NCBI GenBank assembly: GCA_951406725.2
Contig: OX597826.1
Span: 81,406,001-81,470,000 of the forward strand
Length of the DNA stretch: 64,000 nt
Direction: 5' to 3'
DNA from: Octopus vulgaris
Taxonomy: Eukaryota
Shown here: piece by piece, positions 1 to 11,064 of the stretch
Position numbering within the stretch: position 1 is the first letter of the stretch
How the letters are laid out: every line of letters starts with the position of its first letter
Made by a program: the position numbers and the translations under genes
Notes under the pieces: generated by a model
Database searches by the model: none
The model's input: only the letters and a program-made list of their open reading frames with translations
Told to the model about the DNA's origin: nothing

Positions 1-391
1 TTTGGTGGTGTAGGCTATAGTCTAGTCAACCGGATGATACGTGAAGGAATCATACCCAATGACTGGAGTAGCAGCACCATAGGGTTGGCAACAAGTATAG
101 TGAAGAATTTCTGGTAGGAGTAGGGGTCCACCAAGGATCAGTCCTCCTGGCAATAACAGGGGAATTCAAAACAGGATGCCCCTCTATGCTGTTGATCTTG
201 TTGTAATAGTTGAGTCACTACTAGAACTAGAGGAGAAGTTTCAGGTGTGGAAGCAAAGTGTAGAATTGAAATGCCTTGGAGTCAATCTAGCAAAAACCAA
301 AATCTGAGTAAGTAGAAAGGCAGACAAATCAGAAATCTCTTCAGGTAGATGGCCCTGCTTGATCTGTAGAAAAGGTGTAGGTAGAAACTCT
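1..391 (+). mobile_element. Degenerate, internally deleted RTE-clade LINE RT fragment (PHD family)
   Basis: Translates with frameshifts to GIIPNDWSSSTI, GVHQGSVL, EFKTGCP, LEEKFQVWKQ and GRWPCLICRKGVGRNS, matching the ORF at 2102-4018. Confidence 0.85.
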
Positions 392-1164
392 TCAGAATGC
401 ACTCATATATAAGCTACAGATGCAACCACTACAAAACTCATTGGATATTTTCAACTTGCAGCCAAGTACCGAATCTAACTACCTCGATGTATATTTAGAA
501 ATTAAGTCATGCCTCGCTACACCCTGTCGCCTTGAACACTTTTATCTCTGATGTGCCTACTACTTCATGTGTGATCAAGAAATAAATTGTTGTTGATTAA
601 CAAAAAGGAAAAAACGTTGCCTTCTGATATTTCTCGTTACCTTCATGTAAAACATAACATTTATATATTTCAAACCTTCCGACACGTACACATCTAAATA
701 TAGTTTCTAACGAGGTAATCCCAGGTCTTAATCTTCCTCTTGTTACAGAGTTTTACAGGGATTGAACCCACTACTTCATGGTTGTGGTATATATTATAAA
801 TATATTGTATATATTAGTAACAAACACAGACACAGCATTGTGGCATTGTATAGCGTGGAATACATTAATGAACATTGTACTCCAATCAAGATTGAATGGT
901 ATAACTTGAGGGAAATTTGACAGTTATTTCTAGCAGATCATGCAAGTATGTAGAGGTTCCATTGCTCCTACGTCATTGTTTAGTCCAAGAGAAGCCATGG
1001 TTGACAAGCTCTGCCTATTCAGTGCTGGTCAATCCATAGTTGTTAAGAGAATAACTATGAAACTATCTCCCAGTATAATAATGAGCCTAGTACTTTTATA
1101 TATCTTTGTCCGTTTTTCTGTCTCCATTTTTTTCTCCTTGTTTCTCTCGTTTTTTTCTGTGTCC

Positions 1165-1200
1165 CTTTCTGTAGAAGAGCATAGGCTCGAAACGTAAAAG
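1165..1200 (+). ncRNA. Minimal type-I hammerhead-ribozyme-like motif (Penelope-like element type), with U at core position 6
   Basis: cttt-CTGTAGA-a-gagc(atag)gctc-GAAA-cg-TA-aaag: stem I cttt/aaag, stem II gagc/gctc, minimal palindromic stem III (acgt). The core deviates from CUGANGA at position 6. Confidence 0.55.
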
Positions 1201-1681
1201 ACTTTTTCTATTCCTGAGCATTATACTAATACATCTGTTTGTTTTGTACACCACCTGTCTTCGTCTTTTGTTTTTTTTTTTCGTAAACTCTCCCTATATA
1301 CATATATATATATATATATATATTTAATTTACGAAGGTGTCATAGATTAATCTTTGGTGAATTATTTTTCTCGTAAATTGTATCGAGATTCTTTTACACT
1401 GGTGGCTGCTGTGATTTCGGCGCGAAACGAATCAGTTGCAGCACAGACTTCGGAACAATGGGTTGGGAATCTCTAATTATGGTAATGCGTGCTGAAGAAG
1501 TTAAGGCTTCTTTTGGCAGTGCAGACACGCGTCCACATGAGTCCAGATACTTAAATAGATAGTCTTAACCTGATTTTGCCTTCGTTTTGATTTCTGTAGT
1601 TTTCATCAAAGTATTTTTGGCGATTTAATAAGAGTTTTGACTCTTATTTCAAGCAGGTAGACATACTTAGTATGTCCTTTG

Positions 1682-1690
<9 letters not shown>

Positions 1691-1727
<37 letters not shown>

Positions 1728-1788
1728 TGTATGTATGAATGTATGTATATATATATATATATATATCACCATCATCATCATCATCATT
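1691..1788. repeat. (TA)n/(TATG)n/(CAT)n microsatellite tract; the (CAT)n part is the LINE 3' tail
   Basis: Read directly. Other (TA)n runs at ~1295-1323, 6588-6630, 11969-11997, 12365-12440, 17263-17302 and 22500-22517. Confidence 0.95.
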
Positions 1789-4031
1789 TAGCGTCCATTC
1801 TCCATGCTAGCACGGGTTGGACAGTTCAACCGGGGTCTGGGAAGCCAGAAGGCTGCATCAGGCCAAGTCTGATCTGGCAATGTTTCTACAGCTGGATGCC
1901 CTTCCTAACGCCAACCACTCCGCGAGTGTAGTGGGTGCTTTTTACGTGCCACCGGCCACGTTCGGTTGGTGCTTTTAACGTGCCACCGGCACGGAAGCCA
2001 GTCGATGCGGCACTGTCATCGGCCTCGTTCGGATGGTGCTTTTTATATGCCACCGGCCCAAGTATCACAACTACTATTTCCATTGATATTTATTTCGATG
2101 TTCATGTACTTGACTCAATAGGTTTCCTCAAGCACAGCGGGATGTTCTGGTATCGAAGGTACTTTGAATGGGCAGGGGCTATGCGGGACTGGTGCAGGAA
2201 GCAGCCCGGGCCTTTGCAGCGATCTCGGTCCTTCGTCATTGCCTGTGTGAGGCCGAACGCTCTGAGGTCATGCTTGACTACCTCATCCCATGTCTTCCTG
2301 GGTCTACCTCTCTCCCTGATACCTTCAACTGTTTGGCAGCGGCACTTCTTCACACATCTCTCCTCATCCATCCGCAGTACATGACCATACCATCGCAAGC
2401 GTCGCTCTTGCACACCACATCTGATGCTTCTTATGTCCAGCATTTCTCTCAGGGTGCTTACACTCGGTCGTGCGCGCACACTGACATTACACATCCAGCG
2501 GATCATGCTACCTTCATTTCTTTCAAGCCTACGCATGCCCTCTGCAGTCACAGCCCATGTTTCACTACCGTGAAGCATGGCAGTTTGCACACATGCATCG
2601 TACAATCTGCCTTTCACTCTGAGCGAGAGACCCTTTGTCGCCAGTAGGGGTAGGAGCTTTCTAAACTTTGCCCAGGCTATTCGTATTCTAGTGGTGACAC
2701 TCTCTGAGCATCCCCCTCCACTACTAACTTGGTCACCTAGGTAGTGGAAACTATCTACTACTTCTAGTTTCTCCCCCTGGAGTGTGATGGAATCTGTTTT
2801 CTGAGTATTTGTGGTGTCTATTGTCCCTGTGCATCTGCTGCACATGAAAGCTATCTTATCAGTTAATTTCCCTTTGATGTTGCTGCACCTCTTATGCATC
2901 CATAGCTTACACTGGGTACATCTTATGGAGCTTCTACCTACACCTTTCCTACATATCGAGCAGGGCCACCTGCCCGAGGGTGTGTGTGCTGAGTTCGCCT
3001 TTCTGCTTACTATAACTTTGGTCTTTGCTACATTTACTGTAAGGCCCTTTGATTCTAACCCTTGCTTCCACACCCGAAATTTCTTTTCTAGTTCCGGTAG
3101 TGATTCTGCTATGAGAGCCAGGTCATCAGCATAGAGGAGCTCCCAGGGGCAACCTGTTCTGAATTCCTCTGTTATTGCCTGGAGGACTATGATGAATAAA
3201 AGGGGACTGAGGGCTGAGCTTTGGTGTACACCTACTTCTACCCGGAATTTTTCACTATATTCGTTGCCAATTCTAACCTTGCTGACAGCCTCTCTGTATA
3301 AGGCCTGTACAGCCCTTATTAGCCATTTGTCAATCTCCAGTTTCCGCATCAACCACCAGATAAGGGATCGGTGGACCCTGTCAAAGGCTTTCTCCAAGTC
3401 CACAAAAGCTATGTAGAGGGGTTTATCATTAGCTAGGTACTTCTCCTGCAGTTGTCGGACCAAGAATATAGAATCAGTGGTGCTTCTACCTGGCACAAAT
3501 CCGAACTGCATCTCATCTAAGCAAATTCTCTCCCTAATGAGATGGGTTATAACCCTCTCTGTGACCTTCATCACCTGATCCAACAGTTTAATACCCCTGT
3601 AGTTATTTCTATCTAGAGCATCACCCTTACCCTTGTAGCAGTTGACTATGGTGCTGCTACGCCAGTCATTGGGTATGATTCCAATATGAACTACCTGGTT
3701 TACAATGCGGGTGACTAGGCCATAGCCCACATAACCAACTGTTTTAAGCATCTCAGCGGTGATTCCTGATGGGCCGGGGGCTTTACCTGGTTTCATACCC
3801 TTAATTGCCTTAACTACAAGGGAGCTGTCTATTCGGATAGCTGGTCCCTCTACTGGGTCAACATTTGGCAGGCTCTCCTCCTCCCATTCATTCTCCACAT
3901 TCAGCAGTCTTTCATAATGGCTTCTCCAAGCCTCTTTCTTTTCACCAACATTAAAAGCAAGTGCCCCGTCATCCATGCGGACACATTTCTCTCCTGTAAC
4001 ATCACTATTTTCTCTCACACACTATTTTCTC
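1767..4031 (-). mobile_element. 5'-truncated RTE-clade LINE (RT with embedded PHD-type finger, no endonuclease); open frame 4018-2102, first ATG at 3976
   Basis: RT motifs NYRGIKLL, QFGF.PGRST, FVDLEKAFD, GVHQ, YADD, FHYLG, plus the RTE C-terminal LRWYGHV and GRPRKTW. The 3'UTR ends in (GAT)n. The native C-terminus is deleted, so the ORF runs into the 3'UTR. Confidence 0.95.
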
Positions 4032-4260
4032 CGTCACAACATAGGAATGAGAAAGGAAAGGGTGACAGCTGAATGACAAAGGAAGGGGTGAAAGAGTGTG
4101 TGTGTGTGTGTGCAATGGCCATGTCCATTGTTTAATGCTGTGTAAAAAGTTACCTGTTTCACTAATTATCTCGCAACTTAATTTTTAATTACTTTTTAAT
4201 ATTACCATATTGAACGATTTACGGCAAATTTTGTTTTTCTATTTACGAAAATATTTCTTC

Positions 4261-4365
4261 GGATTCTGTTACTTCCGCCCAGAATCTACCAAAATCATTT
4301 CCAGCCAAGAACTTTCTCTCGTCTGAATCGAATTTATCCAAGAAATTATAAAGCTACGAGGAAAA
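4261..4365 (+). promoter_or_regulatory. Putative core promoter and non-coding exon 1 of ZNF-A (ETS-like ACTTCCG at 4271; donor GTAAGT at 4366)
   Basis: Conserved in inverted orientation upstream of ZNF-C (34261-34390), where surrounding sequence is largely unrelated. Matching acceptor (ttttccttcttatttcag) ends at 6769. Confidence 0.65.
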
Positions 4366-5053
4366 GTAAGTATTTATAGTGTTTAAATGGATATAAAATA
4401 TTTTGAGGACGGATCTTCGGAATAACTCTTTGGGGCAATGAAAAGAGCAAAGAATCGGGAAGGTTTTTTCTTCGTCATTTCAATATTTTACGATTCTCCG
4501 CCAAAATTTCGATCAGAATCAGAATTTCCTTTCTATCAAACACAGAAATACGAGGAAAAAGTGCGCTGGCTTTCGAGATAGCTGTCGCAAATAAAAGGGA
4601 ATTGCTCAGAGATTTCTTTTTTTTAGCATTTTTCACCATTTTATAGAATCTCACTTGGCAAAACAAGATATTAATCGCCTTCTTAAAAAACGAAAAAAGA
4701 AAAGAAATTGAGTATCTTTGCTTCTTTGGAAATGTCTCAGTCTCTCTGTCCCTCTCAGTTACGCCTTCCGAATAACTGCCACGATTCACAGGAATTAATT
4801 TCCTTCCCAATTTCTTCTGAAATATTTACAATTCACATTAGAAATAATACAAAATAACGAAAACTACCAAATGCACCTCACACTTCATCGCACCTTTAAC
4901 GATCTGTAGTCTATACTCGAGTAGAAGCCGATCCCCTATTTTGGGCAAAAACTTGGTAATTTTCCATGGATCCTGTATACAAGTTGACCCTAGTATTTGA
5001 CGAGTAACATTTGTGGGTCCAGATGCAGTATAATCCTGTACGTAGAAGTAACT

Positions 5054-5450
5054 TTTTGTTTCATTTCTACTGTAGGCACAGGGCCCGGAATTTTTTGGGT
5101 GGGTGTCAGTCGATTAGATCGAACAAGTACGCAACTGGTATTTAATTTATCGACCCCGAAAGGATGAGAGGCAAAGTGGACCTCGGCGGAATTTGAACGT
5201 AGGACATAAAGACAGATGAAATGCTTATTTCTTTCCTATCCACAAGGGGCTAAACACAGAGGGGACAAACAAGGACAGACGAACGGATTAAGTCGAGTAT
5301 ATCGACTCCAGTGCGTAACTGGTACATATTTAATCGACCCTGAAAGGATGAAAGGCAAAGTGGACCTCGGCGGAATTTGAACTCAGAACGTAGCGGCAGA
5401 CGAAATAGGGCTAAGCATTTAGTGCTAACGTTTCTGCCAGCTGGCCGTCT
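5054..5450 (-). mobile_element. Dimeric tRNA-derived SINE with ~17-bp TSD
   Basis: Two SINE bodies (gagttcaaattccgccgaggtc...cctttcggggtcgataaattaa). Flanked by tgtacgtagaa(g/a)taact at 5037-5053 and 5451-5467. Duplicate at ~15728-16123. Confidence 0.85.
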
Positions 5451-5562
5451 TGTACGTAGAAATAACTTAGAAAACTATGTATCCTGCTTTTAGGTGGAAT
5501 GCTTGGTGCTTATAATGGAATGTTCAGTGCACCATTTAATAGAGTACACTACACACAAGTGA

Positions 5563-6060
5563 AGGAAAACTGCAAACAAGAGAAATAATATCCTTAAGGT
5601 TATAAACCTGGAAGATTACAGGACAAGTTATTACCCCTAAAAATAGTTGAGGACAGCTTATTACAGAACAGGACAATTTTTACTTAAAATATTGCAGCCA
5701 AGGATAAAATTTCAAATAAAATATTTAGAATTCGAAATTTGCCTACCATATATACTATTCTATTTTGCATAAAACTTTAGCTATATTGATACTTCTGGCT
5801 CTCATTTTTTAAATATTCTAGTGTGTCAGTATTTTAACAAAATAATGATACCTCTTTTAATTATAATGTAAATTAAAATCAAATAATTTTAAATTTTCAA
5901 ATTTTATCCTTAGCTGCAATATTTTAAGTAAATATTTTCTTGCTCTGTATTTTACCAGATGTAATAACCTGTTCTGAACTTTTCCAAGTGAAATAACTTG
6001 TCCTGCAATTTTCCAGGTTTATAATCTTAAGAATATTATTTCTCTTGCTCAAATTTTCCC
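5563..6060. mobile_element. Foldback/MITE-like element with ~160-bp imperfect inverted arms in ZNF-A intron 1
   Basis: 5563-5725 is the reverse complement of 5890-6060 (e.g. caagagaaataatatccttaaggttataaacctgg / ccaggtttataatcttaagaatattatttctcttg). Confidence 0.85.
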
Positions 6061-6586
6061 ATGTAATCCACGTTTTTTCCATGCTGTGCTGTTATGCTAA
6101 TTAATAACGTGTCAATTAGTGGTGTCGTTGATAATTTTTCCTTACCCCAATAACATCGGTGACGTATATTAAAAGTCCCCTTATAGGACTATATTCATAG
6201 AAAGTATAGAACTATACTATCACCCTCAAATTGCAGAAACAAACACTCATTACCTTTTTCTTTTAAAACTTCATTGCATGAGATTGATACCTTGAAGCTC
6301 CTTGAATCGATCTCTATCAATTAAGCCTAATTAAAATATAGTCTGTTTATAAAATTTAATAGTTAATTATACTATAGTGTTGCGATAAGTTTTGATGTAA
6401 ACTTTTTTCTTCTGGATCAAATCTCAATGATTTTTATGCCAAGATGTAGCTAGGGACCAGCCCTCTTCAAAAATGTTAACAGTTTTCAATTCAGTTAAGA
6501 ACCGAATTAGCGACAAGCTCTGAAAAATGCTGCATGGGAGCAAACTGTGGCCTTCCCAATATTATTCAATTACTACTGTAGTTGAA

Positions 6587-6625
<39 letters not shown>

Positions 6626-7170
6626 TATATGCACAGTATTATAGAGATACGCTGGAGGAGTTCATTCGTTCTAGTCAAGGTTTCACTTGTACAATTTATA
6701 AGTATAGCAATAACATTGATGCTGTTTATGTATCCTTGAAAGCTTATACTGTTTTCCTTCTTATTTCAGAATCAAAGCTGGAACTGGCATCAACATTTTT
6801 GTTTATCATACAACAGAAGCATCAACAATATTTATCATCTTTTAAAGACAAAAAATGTTATCCTGAACAAATATGACCATTTTCACATAAATTTAATGAA
6901 TGATGTTTGAAAGATTTCCCCTGGGTAAGATTATTAGCAACAGTTGTGTGTGTCATTCCCTGGAATGAGTACAATACAATTCTGCATTGAAAATATATGA
7001 AGATCGATTTATGAAGCACTTTGCATCCAGATAATGGACTTGTAGCAGAAGGAATGTTTGTTAGAAATAAATTATAGAAAGGAAAACAGCAAACATAATA
7101 TATTGTGGTGAGAGAAGGAAGAATTATTATTCAATGAAATAAACAACTGTTATTTTTTGGTTCTTAAAAG

Positions 7171-8370
7171 ATGGCAAAAAGCTTAGCAAAGTCTTCATAT
7201 GAATGTGATGTCTGTAAAAAGTCATTAAGTTCAAGAGGTACACTAACTGCTCATGTACGTATTCATACAGGAGAGAAACCATATCACTGTGTTATCTGTG
7301 GTAAAAGATTCACTAGAACAGATGACTTGACTGTTCATGTACGTGCTCATACAGGAGAGAAACCATATCAGTGTGATATCTGTGGTCAGTCGTTCACTCG
7401 TACAGATATTTTAACCACACACAAACGTATTCACACAGGAGAGAAACCATATCAATGTGATATGTGCAGTAAATCATTCGCTAAAAGTACCAACTTAACT
7501 GATCACAAACGCATTCATACTGGAGAAAGACCATACCATTGTGATATCTGCGGTAAATCATTCAATCAAAATAACCAGTTAGTTAAACACAAACGCATTC
7601 ATACAGGAGAAAAGCCTTATCAATGTGATACCTGTGACAAAGCATTCTCTCGTAATGCTGAGTTAATTGCTCACAAATACATTCATACAGGAGAAAACCC
7701 TTATCAATGTGATATCTGTGGTAAATCATTCCGTCAAAATAACAAGTTAATTAAACACAAACGTATTCATACTGGAGAAAAACGATTTCATTGTGATGTT
7801 TGTGGTAAAGCATTCTCTCAGAGTACGGATGTGAAAATGCACAAACGTATTCATACCAGAGAAAAACAATATCACTGTGATATCTGTGGTAAATCATTCA
7901 TTCGAAGTAAAGATTTAGAGGTCCATAAGCACATTCATTCTGGAGAAAAACCATATGATTGTGATATCTGTGGTAAATCGTACGCACAAAGTAGTGCCTT
8001 AAATTCTCATAAACACATCCATACTGGAGAGGCACCATATCAGTGTAATATCTGCGGTAAATCATTCCCTACAAATAATTCCCTGAGTGGTCATAAACGT
8101 ATTCATACTGGGGAAACACCGTATCATTGTGATATCTGTGGTAAATCTTTCTCTCAAAGTACTGCTGTAACTGTACATAAACGTATTCATACAGGAGAGA
8201 AGCCATATTATTGTGATATCTGTGGTAAATCTTTCTCTCGAAGTACTGCTGTAACTGTACATAAACGTATTCATACAGGAGAGAAGCCCTATCACTGTGA
8301 TATCTGTGGTAAATCATTCAATCGAAATAGCCACGTAACTAGACACAAACGTATTCATACAGGAGAATAG
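7171..8370 (+). CDS. ZNF-A: poly-C2H2 zinc-finger protein, 399 aa, 14 fingers, no effector domain; ends at a TAG inside a TGEKP linker
   Basis: 14 repeats of C-x2-C-x12-H-x3-H with TGEKP-type linkers after a 9-aa leader (MAKSLAKSS). Confidence 0.93.
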   Translation: MAKSLAKSSYECDVCKKSLSSRGTLTAHVRIHTGEKPYHCVICGKRFTRTDDLTVHVRAHTGEKPYQCDICGQSFTRTDILTTHKRIHTGEKPYQCDMCSKSFAKSTNLTDHKRIHTGERPYHCDICGKSFNQNNQLVKHKRIHTGEKPYQCDTCDKAFSRNAELIAHKYIHTGENPYQCDICGKSFRQNNKLIKHKRIHTGEKRFHCDVCGKAFSQSTDVKMHKRIHTREKQYHCDICGKSFIRSKDLEVHKHIHSGEKPYDCDICGKSYAQSSALNSHKHIHTGEAPYQCNICGKSFPTNNSLSGHKRIHTGETPYHCDICGKSFSQSTAVTVHKRIHTGEKPYYCDICGKSFSRSTAVTVHKRIHTGEKPYHCDICGKSFNRNSHVTRHKRIHTGE

Positions 8371-8975
<605 letters not shown>

Positions 8976-9539
8976 GAGAAAGAAGTACCTTGTGCAAATT
9001 AAGAGGCTAAAACATCTCGCAACTGTAAGCATTCATACCTATGTCTGATACTAAATAAGAAGGAACAAACAATTCATAAAATATAGTATTTCATTAATCT
9101 ATACTATAAGACAAGTATATCATGTGCTCATCTGGTTTGTGGGTACACTTTCTCTGTATGTTGTGTATATTCTTTCAGGTGTACTATCTTTTATTGGTTT
9201 ATCCTTATTGTATTTTATCAAGAGACCAATTCTGTTGTTGGTAATGTCTGTAATTTAAACTATGGCATGGTTCCTTCAGGTGTTTATGGTGAAAACTAAT
9301 GTTAATTTGTCATTGTCGTATTAAACTTTGCATAAAAACGAAATTGGTGGAGCAATTTTTTTGAATTATCATCATCAGTGATTTTTCTATGTCCATTGAC
9401 GATGCTGGAATGTGTTGGACCACATCATCATCATTTCTGGATGATGATTTTTATCTCAAGCATTTTCTCATTTCAAGTGTGAATTCCAGAGTTCTCACTG
9501 CAACAGTCTCTTTGTATTTTCATATTAATTTGAACTCTA

Positions 9540-9545
9540 AATAAA
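9540..9545 (+). promoter_or_regulatory. Candidate polyadenylation signal of ZNF-A
   Basis: AATAAA followed by a T-rich tract. Conserved at 19797-19802 (ZNF-B) and 30235-30240 minus (ZNF-C). Confidence 0.5.
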
Positions 9546-9834
9546 AATGGTTTACTCTGAAATTATTCTCTTTTTATTTTTCAAAAAGCAAGTGTTGTTT
9601 GCACGTTTTCTAAACTGATTTTCACCGACTGTTTACTTTAAAGCCATTAAATCTATTGACATTATTTGATACAAGATGTGATCTGATGTTACAAGGAAGT
9701 GAATGAGATGTAAATAATAGGATGATATTGTAGATGAAATGGTGATGACGGTGGCTTTGTAGTGGTGATGCAGTGAGTTGGTTGATGAGAGCCAAGTGAG
9801 AGGCTGTCTAAGGACAAGATATTTCCCCATTCTC

Positions 9835-10012
9835 AGATGATATTGGTTTAAAATTTTGGCACAATGCCAGCAAATCCAGGGAATGGTACTTTTCTTATTG
9901 ACCTGAAATGATGAGAGCAAAGTTGACTTTGGTGGAGATTGAACCCTGAACATAAAGGCAGATGAAATGTTTGCTGAGCATTTCATCTGATGTACTTATC
10001 ATTCTTCCAGGT
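9835..10012 (-). mobile_element. Degenerate tRNA-derived SINE
   Basis: Same body as the other SINEs. The copy at ~20095-20310 retains an internal ~40-bp segment that this copy lacks. Confidence 0.65.
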
Positions 10013-10046
10013 CACAGCCTTCAAATATTGTCAGATAATATTAAAA

Positions 10047-11064
10047 TGTGTGTTCCCAGAAGAAGACCAGCATGGAAAAGAAGGGTCTGGAAGCTGAAGG
10101 ATCTTGTGAATGAACAAAGATTTAGAGATGTATTAAAGTTTTTGATAAAAAAGAGGAGGATATACCATCACAATGTGCAAGACAACTGGAGGTTCCTATG
10201 AGGCGACCTGTTGAGGGCTGTTGACCAGATCTGTGGATGGTGCAAAGTCTGCTCTCAACCTAAGGTAACACAGTGGCAGAACAATGTAGTTGACAGGGTT
10301 ATTAGGGAAAAGAAACAAGCATGGTGGCAGGGAACTGTATCAGATTGCTGGAAGGGGAGCTAGGTGACCACCAATGTTGTGTGTCATGAGGACCAGAGAC
10401 TTGAAGTGTTTCGTGTTGCCAGACTGTGTGAAAGAGAATTGTGATTTCATAGGAGAGAAATGTGTCTGCATAGATGATGGTTCACTTGCATTTAATGATG
10501 CTGTGAAGAGAGGGACTTGGAGACTATGAAAGGTTGCTAAATGAAGAAATATCAAGCCAACAGAGGGAGCAGCTATTCAAATTGACAGTACTTTGATAGA
10601 TAAAGCAATTAAGGGTCTGAAGACAAGGAAAATCCCCAACCCACCAGCAGTCACTGCAGAGATGCTTAAACTATTTGGTGGTGTAGGCTATAGTCTAGTC
10701 AACCGGATGATACGTGAAGGAATCATACCCAATGACTGGAGTAGCAGCACCATAGGGTTGGCAACAAGTATAGTGAAGAATTTCTGGTAGGAGTAGGGGT
10801 CCACCAAGGATCAGTCCTCCTGGCAATAACAGGGGAATTCAAAACAGGATGCCCCTCTATGCTGTTGATCTTGTTGTAATAGTTGAGTCACTACTAGAAC
10901 TAGAGGAGAAGTTTCAGGTGTGGAAGCAAAGTGTAGAATTGAAATGCCTTGGAGTCAATCTAGCAAAAACCAAAATCTGAGTAAGTAGAAAGGCAGACAA
11001 ATCAGAAATCTCTTCAGGTAGATGGCCCTGCTTGATCTGTAGAAAAGGTGTAGGTAGAAACTCT
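10047..11064 (+). mobile_element. Degenerate RTE-clade LINE fragment at the duplication junction
   Basis: PRRRPAWKRRVWKLKD, ENCDFIGEKCVCIDDG, AEMLKLFGGVGY and GRWPCLICRK, with stops and frameshifts. Its 3' part is identical to 1-391. Confidence 0.85.

Noticed and set aside
1731-3416. Several plus-strand ORFs (1731, 1935, 2168, 2811, 3189 and their duplicates)
   Set aside because: Antisense shadows of the RTE ORF and its 3'UTR; the poly-His comes from the (CAT)n tail.
4475-4810. 111-aa minus-strand ORF conserved in both duplicate units
   Set aside because: Non-ATG start, no recognisable domain, lies in ZNF intron 1; conservation only reflects the recent duplication.
6586-7170. Possible N-terminal effector-domain exon for the ZNF genes
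   Set aside because: The ORF at 6586 is driven by (TA)n, in-frame stops lie upstream of ATG 7171, and no KRAB/ZAD/BTB-like sequence is visible.
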